From Macrostomum lignano (taxonomy: Eukaryota): DNA of 64,000 bases. Positions within the stretch are counted from its first letter, which is position 1; every line of letters starts with the position of its first letter. Location of the stretch: the NCBI GenBank assembly GCA_002269645.1, contig NIVC01001774.1, forward strand, positions 175,066 to 239,065. The letters are read 5' to 3'. The translations under genes were made by a program, and so were the position numbers. Below the pieces are notes generated by a model. It was not told where the DNA came from. It was given only the letters and a program-made list of their open reading frames with translations, and did not search any database. This document shows, one piece after another, positions 11,778 to 23,843 of the stretch.

Positions 11778-12164
11778 ATCCGCTTAAGTCGGGGGTTCGA
11801 ATCCGGCGTGGTGTGTTTTTAGCGTTTCAATAATGATTGAATTGAAATATTCGAAAAAATTGTCATGCTTTTCAATTGTAAATCATATGATTGTGTCGAC
11901 TTTTTTTAAATTGCGCTTAGTAAATATATAAAAGCATATGCTTATTGTGTTCAAAATAATGTAACTGACTTATTGTTATTGTCTTTGCTGCGTAAGTTTG
12001 TTGTTAATTAAAATAAACTGCTTTGATTGTGCAGTTTTTGCTATGCTTAATAAGTTGCATGCAGTCTGTGGGTGTGCACTTTTCTGCTTTTTATATATTC
12101 TTTGTAATAAAATACTAGGTTTATGTTTCGTTAGACTTAGGTATGAATAGGGTGTTTGTTGAGG

Positions 12165-12590
12165 ATTGATAATCCACTAGCTCTCTCGGATAATCCACTA
12201 GCTCTCTCGTATAATCCACTAGCTCTCTCGGATAATCCACTAGCTCTCTCGGATAATCCACTAGCTCTCTCGGATAATCCACTAGCTCTCTCGGATAATC
12301 CACTAGCTCTCTCGGATAATCCACTAGCTCTCTCGGATAATCCACTAGCTCTCTCGGATAATCCACTAGCTCTCTCGGATAATCCACTAGCTCTCTCGGA
12401 TAATCCACTAGCTCTTTCGGACAATCCTCTAGCTCTCTCGGATAATCCAGATAATCCACTAGCTCTCTCGCGGAAAAACCATAGGCTCTCCTGGATAATC
12501 CATTAGCTCTCTCCTGGATAATCCATTAGATCCTAGATAATCCATTAGCTCTCTTACGGATAATCCATTAGCTCTATCGGATAATCCATT
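12165..12590. repeat. 21-bp minisatellite
   Basis: Unit GATAATCCACTAGCTCTCTCG. Confidence 0.96.
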
Positions 12591-12954
12591 TACAATAAGA
12601 GGGTCAGAACCATAGGCATTATTTTGTTGTTTAAAATAAGTATTTTGAGATTTAATAAAAATTTATGCTCAATACTTCACGCCTAAGAGTCAATTAAGTC
12701 TCCTTAAACTACAGAAACTGCACTCTGATCCTCGTGTTTTGCTATACGAGTTTGGCATACAGAAAGTGCCAAAGAGCTGCCAATAATAAGCTGCTCAAAT
12801 TGAAATTAGTCTGAATTAAAGAACAGAAACTTCATTCGACTAATGCCATGCAAGCTGCTTGGAAATTTTTAGCGAAAGCTCGCTTTTACAAAAGATTATG
12901 GCTTCCCCCTGACAATTTATGTTGCTGCGCCGCTAGAGGACAGTCGCAGGCAGG

Positions 12955-13276
12955 GGCTGTGCGCACCCTGGCGCACTTTAAGCGACATTGTCACACAACC
13001 GGCGAGAGGCATTGCTGCCCATTTCGCCGACTTCTCTGAGCAGGCACACAAGCGCGCGGATACGTACGCAGTCATACGCACAGGCACACACTCACACAGG
13101 AGTGTACAGCGGCCCTAACTTTATTTATCGTTCAGCATGTACACTTCACTGTGCCTTGGGGGTTGGCCATCAAGGCCGTTAATTGCACGAGCAGAGCCAA
13201 GCCGAGATTCCAATTTAGCCCCAAATTAATGCGACTGCACTTGGAATCGAGCCTGGGCCGCTGGCACATGAGAGCG
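12955..13276 (-). mobile_element. tRNA-derived SINE, copy with degraded 5' head
   Basis: Reverse complement aligns over about 320 nt with 31640-31957; B-box GGCTCGATTCC retained. Confidence 0.85.
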
Positions 13277-13654
13277 GTAGAATGAGACACATGAGAAGGC
13301 TAAATTGATTATAAACTGTACAATAAGGGATATGGGAAATATCTTCGTCCCGGCGCAGCAAATAGAAATTGTCAGTGAGGAATAAGTTTAGTAAGTGTCA
13401 ACTACTCTGTGAGAGAAGGCGAAGCACTTTAAGCTTTCAATAGATTTCCATAACTTTTCAAGTGTTAAAGTCCTTAGCTAATGATTTAGCAGTGCACAGC
13501 GTCGGCTTGAGTTTGGTAAGTCAGTGTCCATCTAGTTCAGTTAGCTAGTAATAGAATCCAATTGCATTTGATTATTAGCTGCTTTGGCTTTCACGTACCA
13601 ACACGTCGCTCACTCCATCCATCCTGAGCAGCGGCTGGCTTATCAACTGTTGCC

Positions 13655-14389
13655 ATGGTGATGGACAACCGGCCCTGTCACACTATCTACGTGAACAATC
13701 TGAACGATCGCGTGAAGAAATCCGATTTAAAAGCTGGCTTATATTACCTGTTTAATCAGTTCGGCAAGGTGGTCGATCTTGTCGCCATGAAGACGCCGAG
13801 TATGCGCGGCCAGGCATTTATTGGCTACAAAGACATCAGCCATGCCACGGTTGCTGTGCGATCTCTGCAGGGCTTCCTGCTGTTTGACAAGCCAATGCGG
13901 CTGCAGTTCGCCAAGCGAGACTCCACTGTTGTTAAACGGCTCAAAGGGGGCACCGCGCTTGATAAGAAATCCGCTGGCAAAGCCGCCGCCGCAGCCGCCT
14001 CAGCTGCCGCCGCCGGCTCGCAGGATGAAGCTGACAAGCGCAAGAAGAAGATCACCATCCGGATGATGACGGACGCTGAATCGGCTGCTGCCGCCGCATC
14101 GGCCGCTGCCGCTTCATCTGAGGCTGAAGAGCCAATGGAGGAACAGGAAGGAGAGGCCAACAATGTGCTGCTATTGAACAACCTACCCGACGAGACCACT
14201 GCCGAGATGTTGCAGATGTTGTTCTCTCAGGTGGACGGACTTAAAGAGGCCAGGTGCATCGATGGCCGGCCCGATGTGGCTTTTATTGAATACGAGACCG
14301 AGGAGCAGGCCAAGTCCGCCATGGACATTTATCAGGGCTTCAAAATCGATCACGAACACGCTATGCGTATCAGTTTTGCCAAGAAGTAG
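13655..14389 (+). CDS. SNRPB2: Second U1A/U2B''/SNF family paralog, U2B''-like and more divergent (intronless CDS)
   Basis: MDNRPCHTIYVNNLNDRVKK...DLVAMKTPSMRGQAF...LQFAKRDS and C-terminal NNVLLLNNLP...RPDVAFIEYE...MRISFAKK. The homologous start may be the second ATG at 13661. The symbol reflects motif resemblance, not proven orthology. Confidence 0.88.
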   Translation: MVMDNRPCHTIYVNNLNDRVKKSDLKAGLYYLFNQFGKVVDLVAMKTPSMRGQAFIGYKDISHATVAVRSLQGFLLFDKPMRLQFAKRDSTVVKRLKGGTALDKKSAGKAAAAAASAAAAGSQDEADKRKKKITIRMMTDAESAAAAASAAAASSEAEEPMEEQEGEANNVLLLNNLPDETTAEMLQMLFSQVDGLKEARCIDGRPDVAFIEYETEEQAKSAMDIYQGFKIDHEHAMRISFAKK

Positions 14390-14446
14390 TGTGCTCATTG
14401 TCTGCTCCTGCTGCAATTAATTCCCTACTGTAGTCATTGGGCCTTC

Positions 14447-15225
14447 CCACACCCCAGTACTGAGCCTTCCCACACCCCAGTACCGAGCCTTCCCACACCC
14501 CAGTACCGAGCCTTCCCACACCCCAGTACTGAGCCTCCCCCACACCCAGTACTGAGCCTTCTCCACACCCCAGTACTGAGCCTTCCCACACCCCAGTACC
14601 GAGCCTTCCCACACCCCAGTACCGAGCCTTCCCACACCCCAGTACCGAGCCTTCCCACACCCCAGTACCGAGCCTTCCCACACCCCAGTACTGAGCCTTC
14701 TCCACACCCCAGTACTGAGCCTTCTCCACACCCCAGTACTGAGCCTCCCCACACCCAGTACTGAGCCTTCTCCACACCCCAGTACTGAGCCTTCCCACAC
14801 CCCAGTACCGAGCCTTCCCACACTCCAGTACTGAGCGTTCCCACACCCCAGTGCCAGTACTGAGCCTTCCCACACCCCAGTGCCAGTACTGAGCCTTCCC
14901 CACACCCCAGTACTGAGCCTTCCCCACACCCCAGTACTGAGCCTTCCCACACCCCAGTTGCCAGTACTGAGCCTTCCCACACCCCAGTGCCAGTACTGAG
15001 CCTTCCCACACCCCAGTTGCCAGTACTGAGCCTTCCCACACCCCAGTGCCAGTACTGAGCCTTCCCACACCCCAGTGCCAGTACTGAGCCTTCCCACACC
15101 CCAGTGCCAGTACTGAGCCTTCCCACACCCCAGTGCCAGTACTGAGCCTTCCCACACCCCAGTGCCAGTACTGAGCCTTCCCACACCCCAGTGCCAGTAC
15201 AGAGCCTTCCCCACACCCCAGTACC
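14447..15225. repeat. 23-bp (with 29-bp variants) minisatellite downstream of the stop codon
   Basis: Unit CCCACACCCCAGTACTGAGCCTT; variants insert TGCCAG. Confidence 0.96.
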
Positions 15226-15700
15226 GAGGCTGAGCCCGACCGTACATTTACACGTATTAAATACCCATTAATGATTGGGCCGTTGGTTTTTAATAATAAT
15301 ACTGATTTTCGTGGCAGTGATGGCGTAAACTTTGAACTTTCGCATTTCTTTGTTTGTTTTGCTATTTCTCCCCCTTGTCGTTTCATCATGTTACTCATAA
15401 TGCCTTGTAGTCGTCTAATTATAGTGGGCAAGTAGGAAAATTTTCTTAATAAATTGTTTCCTAATATAAAATCTGTTAGCTCCTTTCAACGACTTCTGTT
15501 CTCTATTGTTACTTGCTTGCTCTTCAATAAAAATAACCATTTGTTTCACTTTATGACATTATTGTTTTGCCCTATGTTTATTTAACAAGCCAGGCGGAAT
15601 TAAAAGTGTATTGTTAACCTCCTTTTTCAGCAAGCAAAAAATTTGGAGCAAAAGAGTTTTCTAAGTAATTGAGGCTTTAATCATTTATTTATTTGCTTAC

Positions 15701-16014
15701 TGTGACATTGTGGCGATATGCTAGTGTATTTTTATTATTGCAATATTATGCTTTGTGCATTCTTAGTTAGTTAGTATTTGCGTGCGCGCTGATTGGCTAG
15801 TGTGTTTCAGTGCATGTGCACTGCGTCGGGTTGTTTGCGTTTTACGCGTGGCTAGCATGGTGGGGTCTGAGCAGTCAGGCTAACCACCCTCTTTAGTCCT
15901 AGGGTTGATAAATAAGAATAAACAAGTCATATAAGAGCCCAGTTGTGTGTACTGGCTCTCCACGTTCAACTTTCCTACGCATTCACTACAAGCCTTTAGC
16001 TTCAATCTATTACA
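15701..16014 (+). mobile_element. Probable lone LTR (TG...TTACA) directly followed by a tRNA-Ser primer-binding site
   Basis: AATAAA at 15917; ends TATTACA, then A, then TGGCGACGAGGATGGGAT (a PBS-type 18-mer). The left boundary (15701 or 15709) is uncertain and no second LTR is seen. Confidence 0.55.
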
Positions 16015-16015
16015 A

Positions 16016-16070
16016 TGGCGACGAGGATGGGATTCGAACCCACGCGGGGAAACCCCAATGGATTGCTAAT
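16016..16070 (-). pseudogene. 3' half of a mature tRNA-Ser (with CCA), reverse-copied; not a functional tRNA gene
   Basis: Minus strand reads AATCCATT-GGGGTTTCCCC-GCGTGGGTTCGAATCCCATCCTCGTCG-CCA: 3' anticodon stem, long variable arm, T arm, acceptor strand and CCA. The D arm and 5' strand are absent. Confidence 0.88.
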
Positions 16071-16255
16071 CATTTGTAATTTAAGTTTTGAGTAAAGACA
16101 CATTCTATTTAGCCTACTTACAAGAGTAGAAAGAAGAAAATTTTTCATAGAAAACATTTTTTGAAACAATTATATTCGATTCGTAGCTTACTTAGACTAC
16201 TGATGACAGTAGACAGTAGAAAATTTTAAAATAATTGTATTGGCATAATACCCCG

Positions 16256-19200
16256 CTGAAGCTAACAGTGACCACCCTGAGCGGCGAGGGCGCCGTTGCT
16301 CAAGTAGACGCCTCGCCGGACATGACCGTGTCCGAGCTGTTGGCCGTCTGCCGCGCCGAACTCCGCCTGCCGGCTGGCAACAACATAGTGCTGTTGCACA
16401 ATGGCCAGCCCTTGAATTCGCCTCAGGCTAAACTAAGCCAGGCTGGCGTCACTGACGGCGATATGATTATTGCTCAGCCTATGCCTAATCAACAGCAGAT
16501 GCAGCAGCAACAGCAGAGGCAGCGGCAGCAGCCGGCTCGAGGAGGTGGCGGCGGCGGCGCTGCCGGCGGAATGCCGCTTATTGATTTTTCAGGCGTTCGG
16601 CTTGGCAGCGGAGGGAGCGGCGGCAGGCAGGCGCAGCCGCAGCGCCGGTTTGAGGTCCGGAGCAGTAGGGAGTAGTGATCATGAGGACAGGGAGTAGTGA
16701 TCATGAGGATAGGGAATGGTGATCATGAAGATAGGGAATGGTGATCAATAAGATAGGGAGTAGTGATCAATAAGATTGGGAGTAGTGATCAATAAGATAG
16801 GGAGTAGTGATCAATAAGATAGGGAGTAGTGATCAATAAGATAGGGAGTAGTGATCAATAAGATAGGGAGTAGTGATCAATAAGATAGGGAGTAGTGATC
16901 AATAAGATAGGGAGTAGTGATCAATAAGATAGGGAGTAGTGATCAATAAGATAGGGAGTAGTGATCAATAAGATAGGGAGTAGTGATCAATAAGATTGGG
17001 AGTAGTGATCAATAAGATTGGGAGTAGTGATCAATAAGATTGGGAGTAGTGATCAATAAGATAGGGAGTAGTGATCAATAAGATTGGGAGTAGTGATCAA
17101 TAAGATTGGGAGTAGTGATCAATAAGATAGGGAGTAGTGATCAATAAGATTGGGAGTAGTGATCAATAAGATTGGGAGTAGTGATCAATAAGATTGGGAG
17201 TAGTGATCAATAAGATTGGGAGTAGTGATCAATAAGATAGGGAGTAGTGATCAATAAGATAGGGAGTAGTGATCAATAAGATTGGGAGTAGTGATCAATA
17301 AGATTGGGAGTAGTGATCAATAAGATTGGGAGTAGTGATCAATAAGATTGGGAGTAGTGATCAATAAGATAGGGAATGGTGATCATGAGGATAGGGAATG
17401 GTGATAATGAGGATAGTGAATGGTGATCATGAGGATAGGGAATGGTGATCATGAGGATAGGGAATGGTGATCATGAGGATAGGGAATGGTGATCATGAGG
17501 ATAGGGAATGGTGATCATGAGGATAGGGAATGGTGATCATGAAGATAGGGAATGGTGATCATGAGGATAGGGAATGGTGATCATGAGGATAGGGAGTAGT
17601 GATCATGAGGATAGGGAATGGTGATCATGAGGATAGGGAATAGTGATCATGAAGATTAGGGAGCGAGGATAAGGGGATTATAAAATCGCTAGGATAAGGG
17701 ATAAAATCGCTAGGATAAGGAATAGAATCGCTAGGATAAGGGGATAGAATCGCTAGGATAAGGGGATAGAATCGCTGGGATAAGGGATAGAATCGCTAGG
17801 ATAAGGGGATAGAATCGCTAGGATAAGGGGATAGAATCGCTGAGATAAGGGGATTAGGGTAATGAGTCATGACAAAGACGCAGCTTGATCGCATTGATCA
17901 TTGACACCCATAAACACCAACTCCAGACTGACGAGGAAGCCTCGGCCGCGGTGGCCTCGAACCCAGAGATCCTTCGCCAAGCCCTGCTATCGATGCCCGA
18001 ACAGCTGGCCGCCCTTCGCCAACAGAATCCTCAGCTGGCCGACGCCGTGTCCGACCCGGACAGATTTGCCCAGCTTGTCCGAACGGCCCAGTCTGAGCGG
18101 TCACGCGCCGCCCAAGAGCGAGCCCGCCTGATGGCCGCCAATCCGTACGATCCCCGCGTGCAGCAGGAGATTCAGAGCCTCATACAGCAGCAGAATATCG
18201 ATTCCAGCATGGAAACCGCGCTGGAGCACATGCCCGAGGCCTTCGCCCCCGTCAATATGCTCTACATTGATGTTAAAGTGAGCTGCTGCTGGCTACACAC
18301 TGCGGACTGCTTATTCAATATAGTCAGCCTTGTCTATCCATAATCCACTGAATCTAATTCATAATCTACTGACATCTAATTCATAATCCACTTACATCTA
18401 TTCATAATCCACTGGCATCTAATCCATAATCCACTGACATCGGATCCATAATCCACTGACATCTATTCATAATCCACTGACATCTATTCATAATCCACTG
18501 ACATCTATTCATAATCCACTGACATCTATTCATAATATCCTGACATCTAATTCATAATCTACTGATATCTATTCATAATCTACTGACATCTAATTCATAA
18601 TCCACTGACATCTATTCATAATCCACTGGCATCTAATCCATAATCCACTGACATCGGATCCATAATCCACTGACATCTATTCATAATCCACTGACATCTA
18701 ATTCATAATCCACTGACATCTATTCACAATCCACTGACATCTATTCATAATCTACTGACATCTATTCACAATCCACTGACATCTATTCATAATCCACTGA
18801 CATCTATTCATAATATCCTGACATCTAATTCATAATCTACTGATATCTATTCATAATCTACTGACATCTAATTCATAATCCACTGACATCTATTCACAAT
18901 CCACTGACATCTATTCATAATCTACTGACATCTATTCACAATCCACTGACATCTATTCATAATCCACTGACATCTATTCATAATCCACTGACATCTATTC
19001 ATAATATCCTGACATCTAATTCATAATCCACTGACATCTATTCACAATCCACTGACATTTATACCTAATCTACTGACATCTATTCATAATATCCTGACAT
19101 CTAATTCATAACCTACTGGCATCTAATTAATAATCTACTGACATCTATTCATAATCCACTGACATCTAATTCATAATCCACTGACATCTATTCACAATCC

Positions 19201-22200
19201 ACTGACATCTATTCATAATCTACTGACATCTATTCACAATCCACTGACATCTATTCATAATCCACTGACATCTATTCATAATCCACTGACATCTATTCAT
19301 AATATCCTGACATCTAATTCATAATCTACTGATATCTATTCATAATCTACTGACATCTGATTCATAATATCCTGACATCTAATTCATAACCTACTGGCAT
19401 CTAATTAATAATCTACTGACATCTAATTCATAATCCACTGACATCTATTCACAATCCACTGACATCTATTCACAATCCACTGACATCTATACCTAATCTA
19501 CTGACATCTGATTCATAATAACCTGACATCTAATTCATAATCTACTGACATCTAATTCATAATCTACTGACATCTAATTCATAATATCCTGACATCTACT
19601 AATCGTTTAAAGATATCAAAGTCGTCAGAAGATGACCGAGAGGCATCTATAAATCAAGATCCTGGTACAATTTTTACATTAATCACAATATTCGTGTAAC
19701 TTTGGCAAACCCGCCCAGGTGAATGGCCATCCGGTGAAGGCATTCGTAGACAGCGGCGCCCAGATGACAATCATGTCGCTGCCCTGCGCCCAGCGCTGCA
19801 ACGTTGAGCGCCTGATTGACAAGCGCTGGGCGGGCATCGCCAGAGGCGTCGGCACTCAGACCATTGTGGGCAGAATTCACCTCGGCCAGCTCCAGATAGG
19901 CGGCGACTATCTCGCTTGCAACTTTAGCGTGCTGCGAGACCAGAGCATGGACCTGCTGCTGGGCCTTGACATGCTCAAGAGGCACCAGTGCCTGCTGGAC
20001 CTCAAGGTTTGATTGTTTCTTGCTTTTATCCCCGTGCTTCCCCTCTATCAGATCCCCATGCTTCGCCTGTATCAGATCCCCCTGCTTCCCCTCTATCAGA
20101 TTCCCATGCTTCCCCTCTATCAGATCCCCGTGCTTCCCCTCTATCAGATCCCCCTGCTTCCCCTTGACTTACTTTGACTTAGCTGCAGGGCTGTCCCGAA
20201 GGGGACACAGCGGGAAGGCGCGGGCGCCCATTCCGCTAGTCCCTGAACGGCCGACGCGTCGCTATGGACGGAGGGTTGGCGCCGCCCAGGGAGGTCCCCC
20301 AGTGTCGCCAGCAGCTATGGTGCTCTCTGGAAAGGAGAGTTCAGCCCTGCGGGTGGCCCGAAGGTAGCGCATGAGCTGATTAAAGTTTTCGGGTTTGCAC
20401 GCTTCAGTAATAGATGTGTGTGGCCCGAGGTAAGTGAGTCTGGCCCGCGTGAAGGCGGGACAGATGCTGACGAAATGCTCAGCGGTTTCGTCACCTGAGT
20501 TGCAGAAGCTACAGGTGGCGTTGGTGGCGTTGCCCTGCAGGTACTGGTGCCTGGAGAAGCAGCCGTGACCAGAGAGGGTCATGGTGGCAGCCCGGATGTC
20601 TCTGCGCGAGAGGCGCAAGAGGAGCTTCCGGAGCTGGTGAGAGGGCTGAGGGACAGCGCCTCTGGATTGCCTGCAGTTCGTGCGGTTCGCCCAAGTCGAG
20701 CGGTGCTGAGTCCTGATCCACGCTTTGATGCGCGAGTCGATGACACAGCCAGGAATCGGGACAAGAGGTTCGGGGCCGAGAGAGGAGCCGGAGGCACCAA
20801 CTTTTGCAAGGGTGTCAGCCAATTCATTTCCTCGGATCCCCACATGCCCCGGAACCCACTTAAGGGTAATTTTGTTGGCGGAACCCAACATGTTGAGGAG
20901 TTTGATACAGTCGAGGACTGTAGCAGAGTTGGTGCTGCAGCCACTGATGGCGTGCAAGGCAGCTTGGCTGTCCGAATGGAAAATGATGTTCTTACCAGTA
21001 ACGCCAGTGGCGAGAAGCTCTGCAGTGCAGGAGCTGATGGCCAGAACTTCATTTTGGAAAACACTGGAGTTGACCCCAGTGTATTGAGCGTGGGTAGCGA
21101 TGACCCTCCCGTTCAGAAAGATTCCAACACCAAAGCCGGTGTTGGCTGACTGCTTAGAACCGTCGGTGTAGCAATGAAGCTCACCAGGGTTCCATTGGTC
21201 ATTGATGTTATCGCGCGAGTCGATAGCTACGGAGTAGCGCTGTCTCAGGTTGAGCGTTGAGGCAATGCCATCGGTGAAGACGCGATTGGCCTGACACTCG
21301 TTGAGAAAGTTGAGGCACAGATCGCTATGCGGGACAAGGTTCCGCTTAGCAGGTGCTCTCATGTAAATGAATTTGACGCCGGCATCAATTAGACGCCGCG
21401 TCGTTCTAGCCGCCTCACCCCTGATGAAGAGGTCAAGAGGCGGAAGATTAAGGAAGGCCCCCATGCCAGCAAAGGGCGTGGACCTGGTGGCGTTGCAGAT
21501 GAGCCTACACGCTCTGCCTTGGATCGTGTTGAGCAGGTCTGCATGGCTTTTGACCTGGGTAGCGCTAACCCAGACAACAGAGGCGTACGTAATGGCAGGT
21601 CTAACTACGGAAGTATAGATCCACCAAAGCCGCTTTGGGGATAGATCCCAAGAAGTGCCAAGTGCTCGTCGGAGCTGGGCCAGGATGGCTGAGGCACGCT
21701 TGGCTTTTGCTTTCACGTGGGAGGACCAGTTGAGCCGGTGGTCAAGTGTGACCCCGAGACATCTGGTCTGGTGCGCGAAGGCAATATCTCTGCCGTAGAG
21801 CTGCAGAGGACGTATGTTCCAGCGTAGTCTGCTGGTAAACATAATGGCAACGGTTTTGGGCTCAGAGAGTTCCAGACCATTGTCATTGGCCCAGGATTCT
21901 GCTTTGCGGATAAAGCTCTGCATCAGATCCCTGAGCGTGCTGGGAGACGGTCCTGCCACAATGGCCGTGACGTCATCAGCATACCCGACTTTGAAGACGG
22001 GGTCGGGTCGGGAGTCACTCAAAAGAGCGTCCATGACCAGGTTCCAGAGCGTCGGGGTGAGGACTCCGCCTTGGGGTCCACCCTTACAGACTCTGGTGGA
22101 GGCAGTTTGCCCAAGAAGTTGGGCAGTGACCGTACGGTTGGAGATCATGTACATGATCCACCGTATGAGGGTAGCATGAGCTTTGCGATTTTGAAGGGCC

Positions 22201-23843
22201 CTCTGAAACGCTTCAAAGATAACGTTGTCGAAGGCGCCAACAATGTCAAGAAAGAGAGCCAGAGCGTAACCGTCACCCAGTACCGCCCTTTCAATCTTCT
22301 CGACAATCGCATGCAGGGCGCTGTCAGTCGACCTCCCGGTACGGAAGGCGTGCTGATTATTGCTGAGGGGCATCGCTGTCAGCTCGCAGGACAGCAGCCG
22401 CCAGAGAATAAGCCTCTCAGTGAGCTTAAGCATTGCTGACGTTAAGCTAATAGGCCGGAAGGCCCCTGCTTCCCCTCTATCAGATCCCCCTGCTTCCCCT
22501 CTATCAGATCCCCGTGCTTCCCCTCTATCAGATCCGATGCTTCCCCTCTATCAGATCCCCATGCTTCCGCTATACCCTATCCCAGATCCCAATCCTGTCA
22601 AATCCCCAATCCTGTCAGATCCCCATGTTTCCCCTCTATCAGATTCCAATGCTTACCCTCTATCAGATTCCAATGCTTACCCTCTATCAGATCCCTATGC
22701 TTCCCCTTTATCAGACCCCTATGCTTCCCCTGTATCAGATCCCCATGCTTCCTCTATCCCTATCCCAGATCCCAATCATCTCAAATCCCCAATCCTGTCA
22801 GATCCCCATGTTTCCCCTCTATCAGATTCCCATGCTTCCCCTCTATCAGATCCCTATGCTTCCCCTCTATCAGATCCCTATGCTTCCCCTGTATCGGATC
22901 CCCATGCTTCCTCTCTCCCCTATCCCAGATCCCAATTATCTTATATCCCCAATCTTCTCAAATCCCTAATCCTGTCAGATCCCCAATTCTCTCAGATCCC
23001 CAATCCTGTCAGATCCCCAATTCTGTCAGATCCCCAATCCTGTCAGATCCCATTCCTGTCAGATCCCATTCCTGTCAGATCCCCATCCTCATAGATCCCC
23101 AATCCTCCCAGACCCCCAATCCTCCCAGATCCCCAATCCTGTCAGATCCCCAATCCTCCCAGATCCCCAATCCTCCCAGATCCTCATAGATCCCCAATCC
23201 TCCCAGATCCCCAATCCTCCCAGATCCTCATAGATCCCCAATCCTCCCAGATCCCCAATCCTCCCAGATCCCCAATCCTGTCAGATCCCCAATCCTCCTA
23301 GATCCCCAATCCTCCCAGATCCCCATCCTCATAGATCCCCAATCCTCATAGATTCCAATCCTCCCAGATCCCCATCCTCATAGATCCCCAATCCGCCCAG
23401 ATCCCCATCCTCATAGATCCCCAATCCTCCCAGATCCCCATCCTCATAGATTCCTAATCCTCCCAGATCCCCATCCTCATAGACCCCCAATCCTCCCAGA
23501 TCCCCAATCCTCCCAGATCCCCAATCCTCCCAGACCCCCAACCCTCTGACCAGCCCCGCCCCGCCGCCCGCAGTCGAACAAGCTGGTGATCGGCACTACA
23601 GGCACAGTCGCCCCGTTTCTATCCGAGGCCGACCTGCCCGAAGACGCCCGGGCCAGCGGCGGCGGCAGCGGCGGCGAGGGCGGCAAGCCGATCACCCAGG
23701 AGTCTATTGACGCCGTCGTAGCCGGAGGTCCCGACGGTACAACAGCCGACGATGCTCGAGAAGCGCTGATGCACGCTCTAGGCGAGGTGGACGCCGCTAT
23801 AGCCTTTCTGGTTGCTAAGCAGAGCGAGAGGTCCGGGCAGTGA
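16256..23843 (+). CDS. DDI1: DDI1/DDI2 ubiquitin-shuttle aspartic protease; exons about 16256-16654, 17927-18277, 19719-20006, 23574-23843
   Basis: UBL ([10 protein letters not shown]...LLHNGQPL), helical linker, retroviral-type protease ([20 protein letters not shown]...[13 protein letters not shown]|SNKLVIGTT), and a UBA-like C-terminus. All three introns are GT-AG and phase 0. The start codon is unresolved. Confidence 0.93.
16665..17855. repeat. 22-bp minisatellites filling DDI1 intron 1
   Basis: Unit AGGGAGTAGTGATCAATAAGAT (and GGAATGGTGATCATGAGGAT variants), then GGATAAGGGGATAGAATCGCTA. Confidence 0.96.
18338..19597. repeat. 21/22-bp minisatellite filling DDI1 intron 2
   Basis: Unit CATAATCCACTGACATCTATT. 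Confidence 0.96.
20020..20164. repeat. About 24-bp minisatellite in DDI1 intron 3, left of the LINE
   Basis: Unit ATCAGATCCCCGTGCTTCCCCTCT; it resumes at 22463. Confidence 0.93.
20165..22462 (-). mobile_element. 5'-truncated non-LTR retrotransposon with RT, RNase H and C-terminal zinc knuckle (LOA/I-group-like)
   Basis: Uninterrupted 723-aa ORF: [44 protein letters not shown], RNase H ([29 protein letters not shown]), CSFC...[22 protein letters not shown] occurs at both 20151-20164 and 22463-22476 (candidate 14-bp TSD). Confidence 0.95.
22463..23545. repeat. C-rich minisatellites in DDI1 intron 3, right of the LINE
   Basis: The ATCAGATCCCC...CTTCCCCTCT unit grades into CAGATCCCCAATCCTCC units. 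Confidence 0.95.

Noticed and set aside
11778-12120. Vertebrate-type U1A polyadenylation-inhibition element (paired ATTGCAC) in the 3' UTR
   Set aside because: No ATTGCAC pair found; only weak look-alikes such as ATTGCGC.
16016-16100. Functional tRNA-Ser gene
   Set aside because: The 5' half and A-box are missing, and a genomic CCA marks it as copied from mature tRNA.
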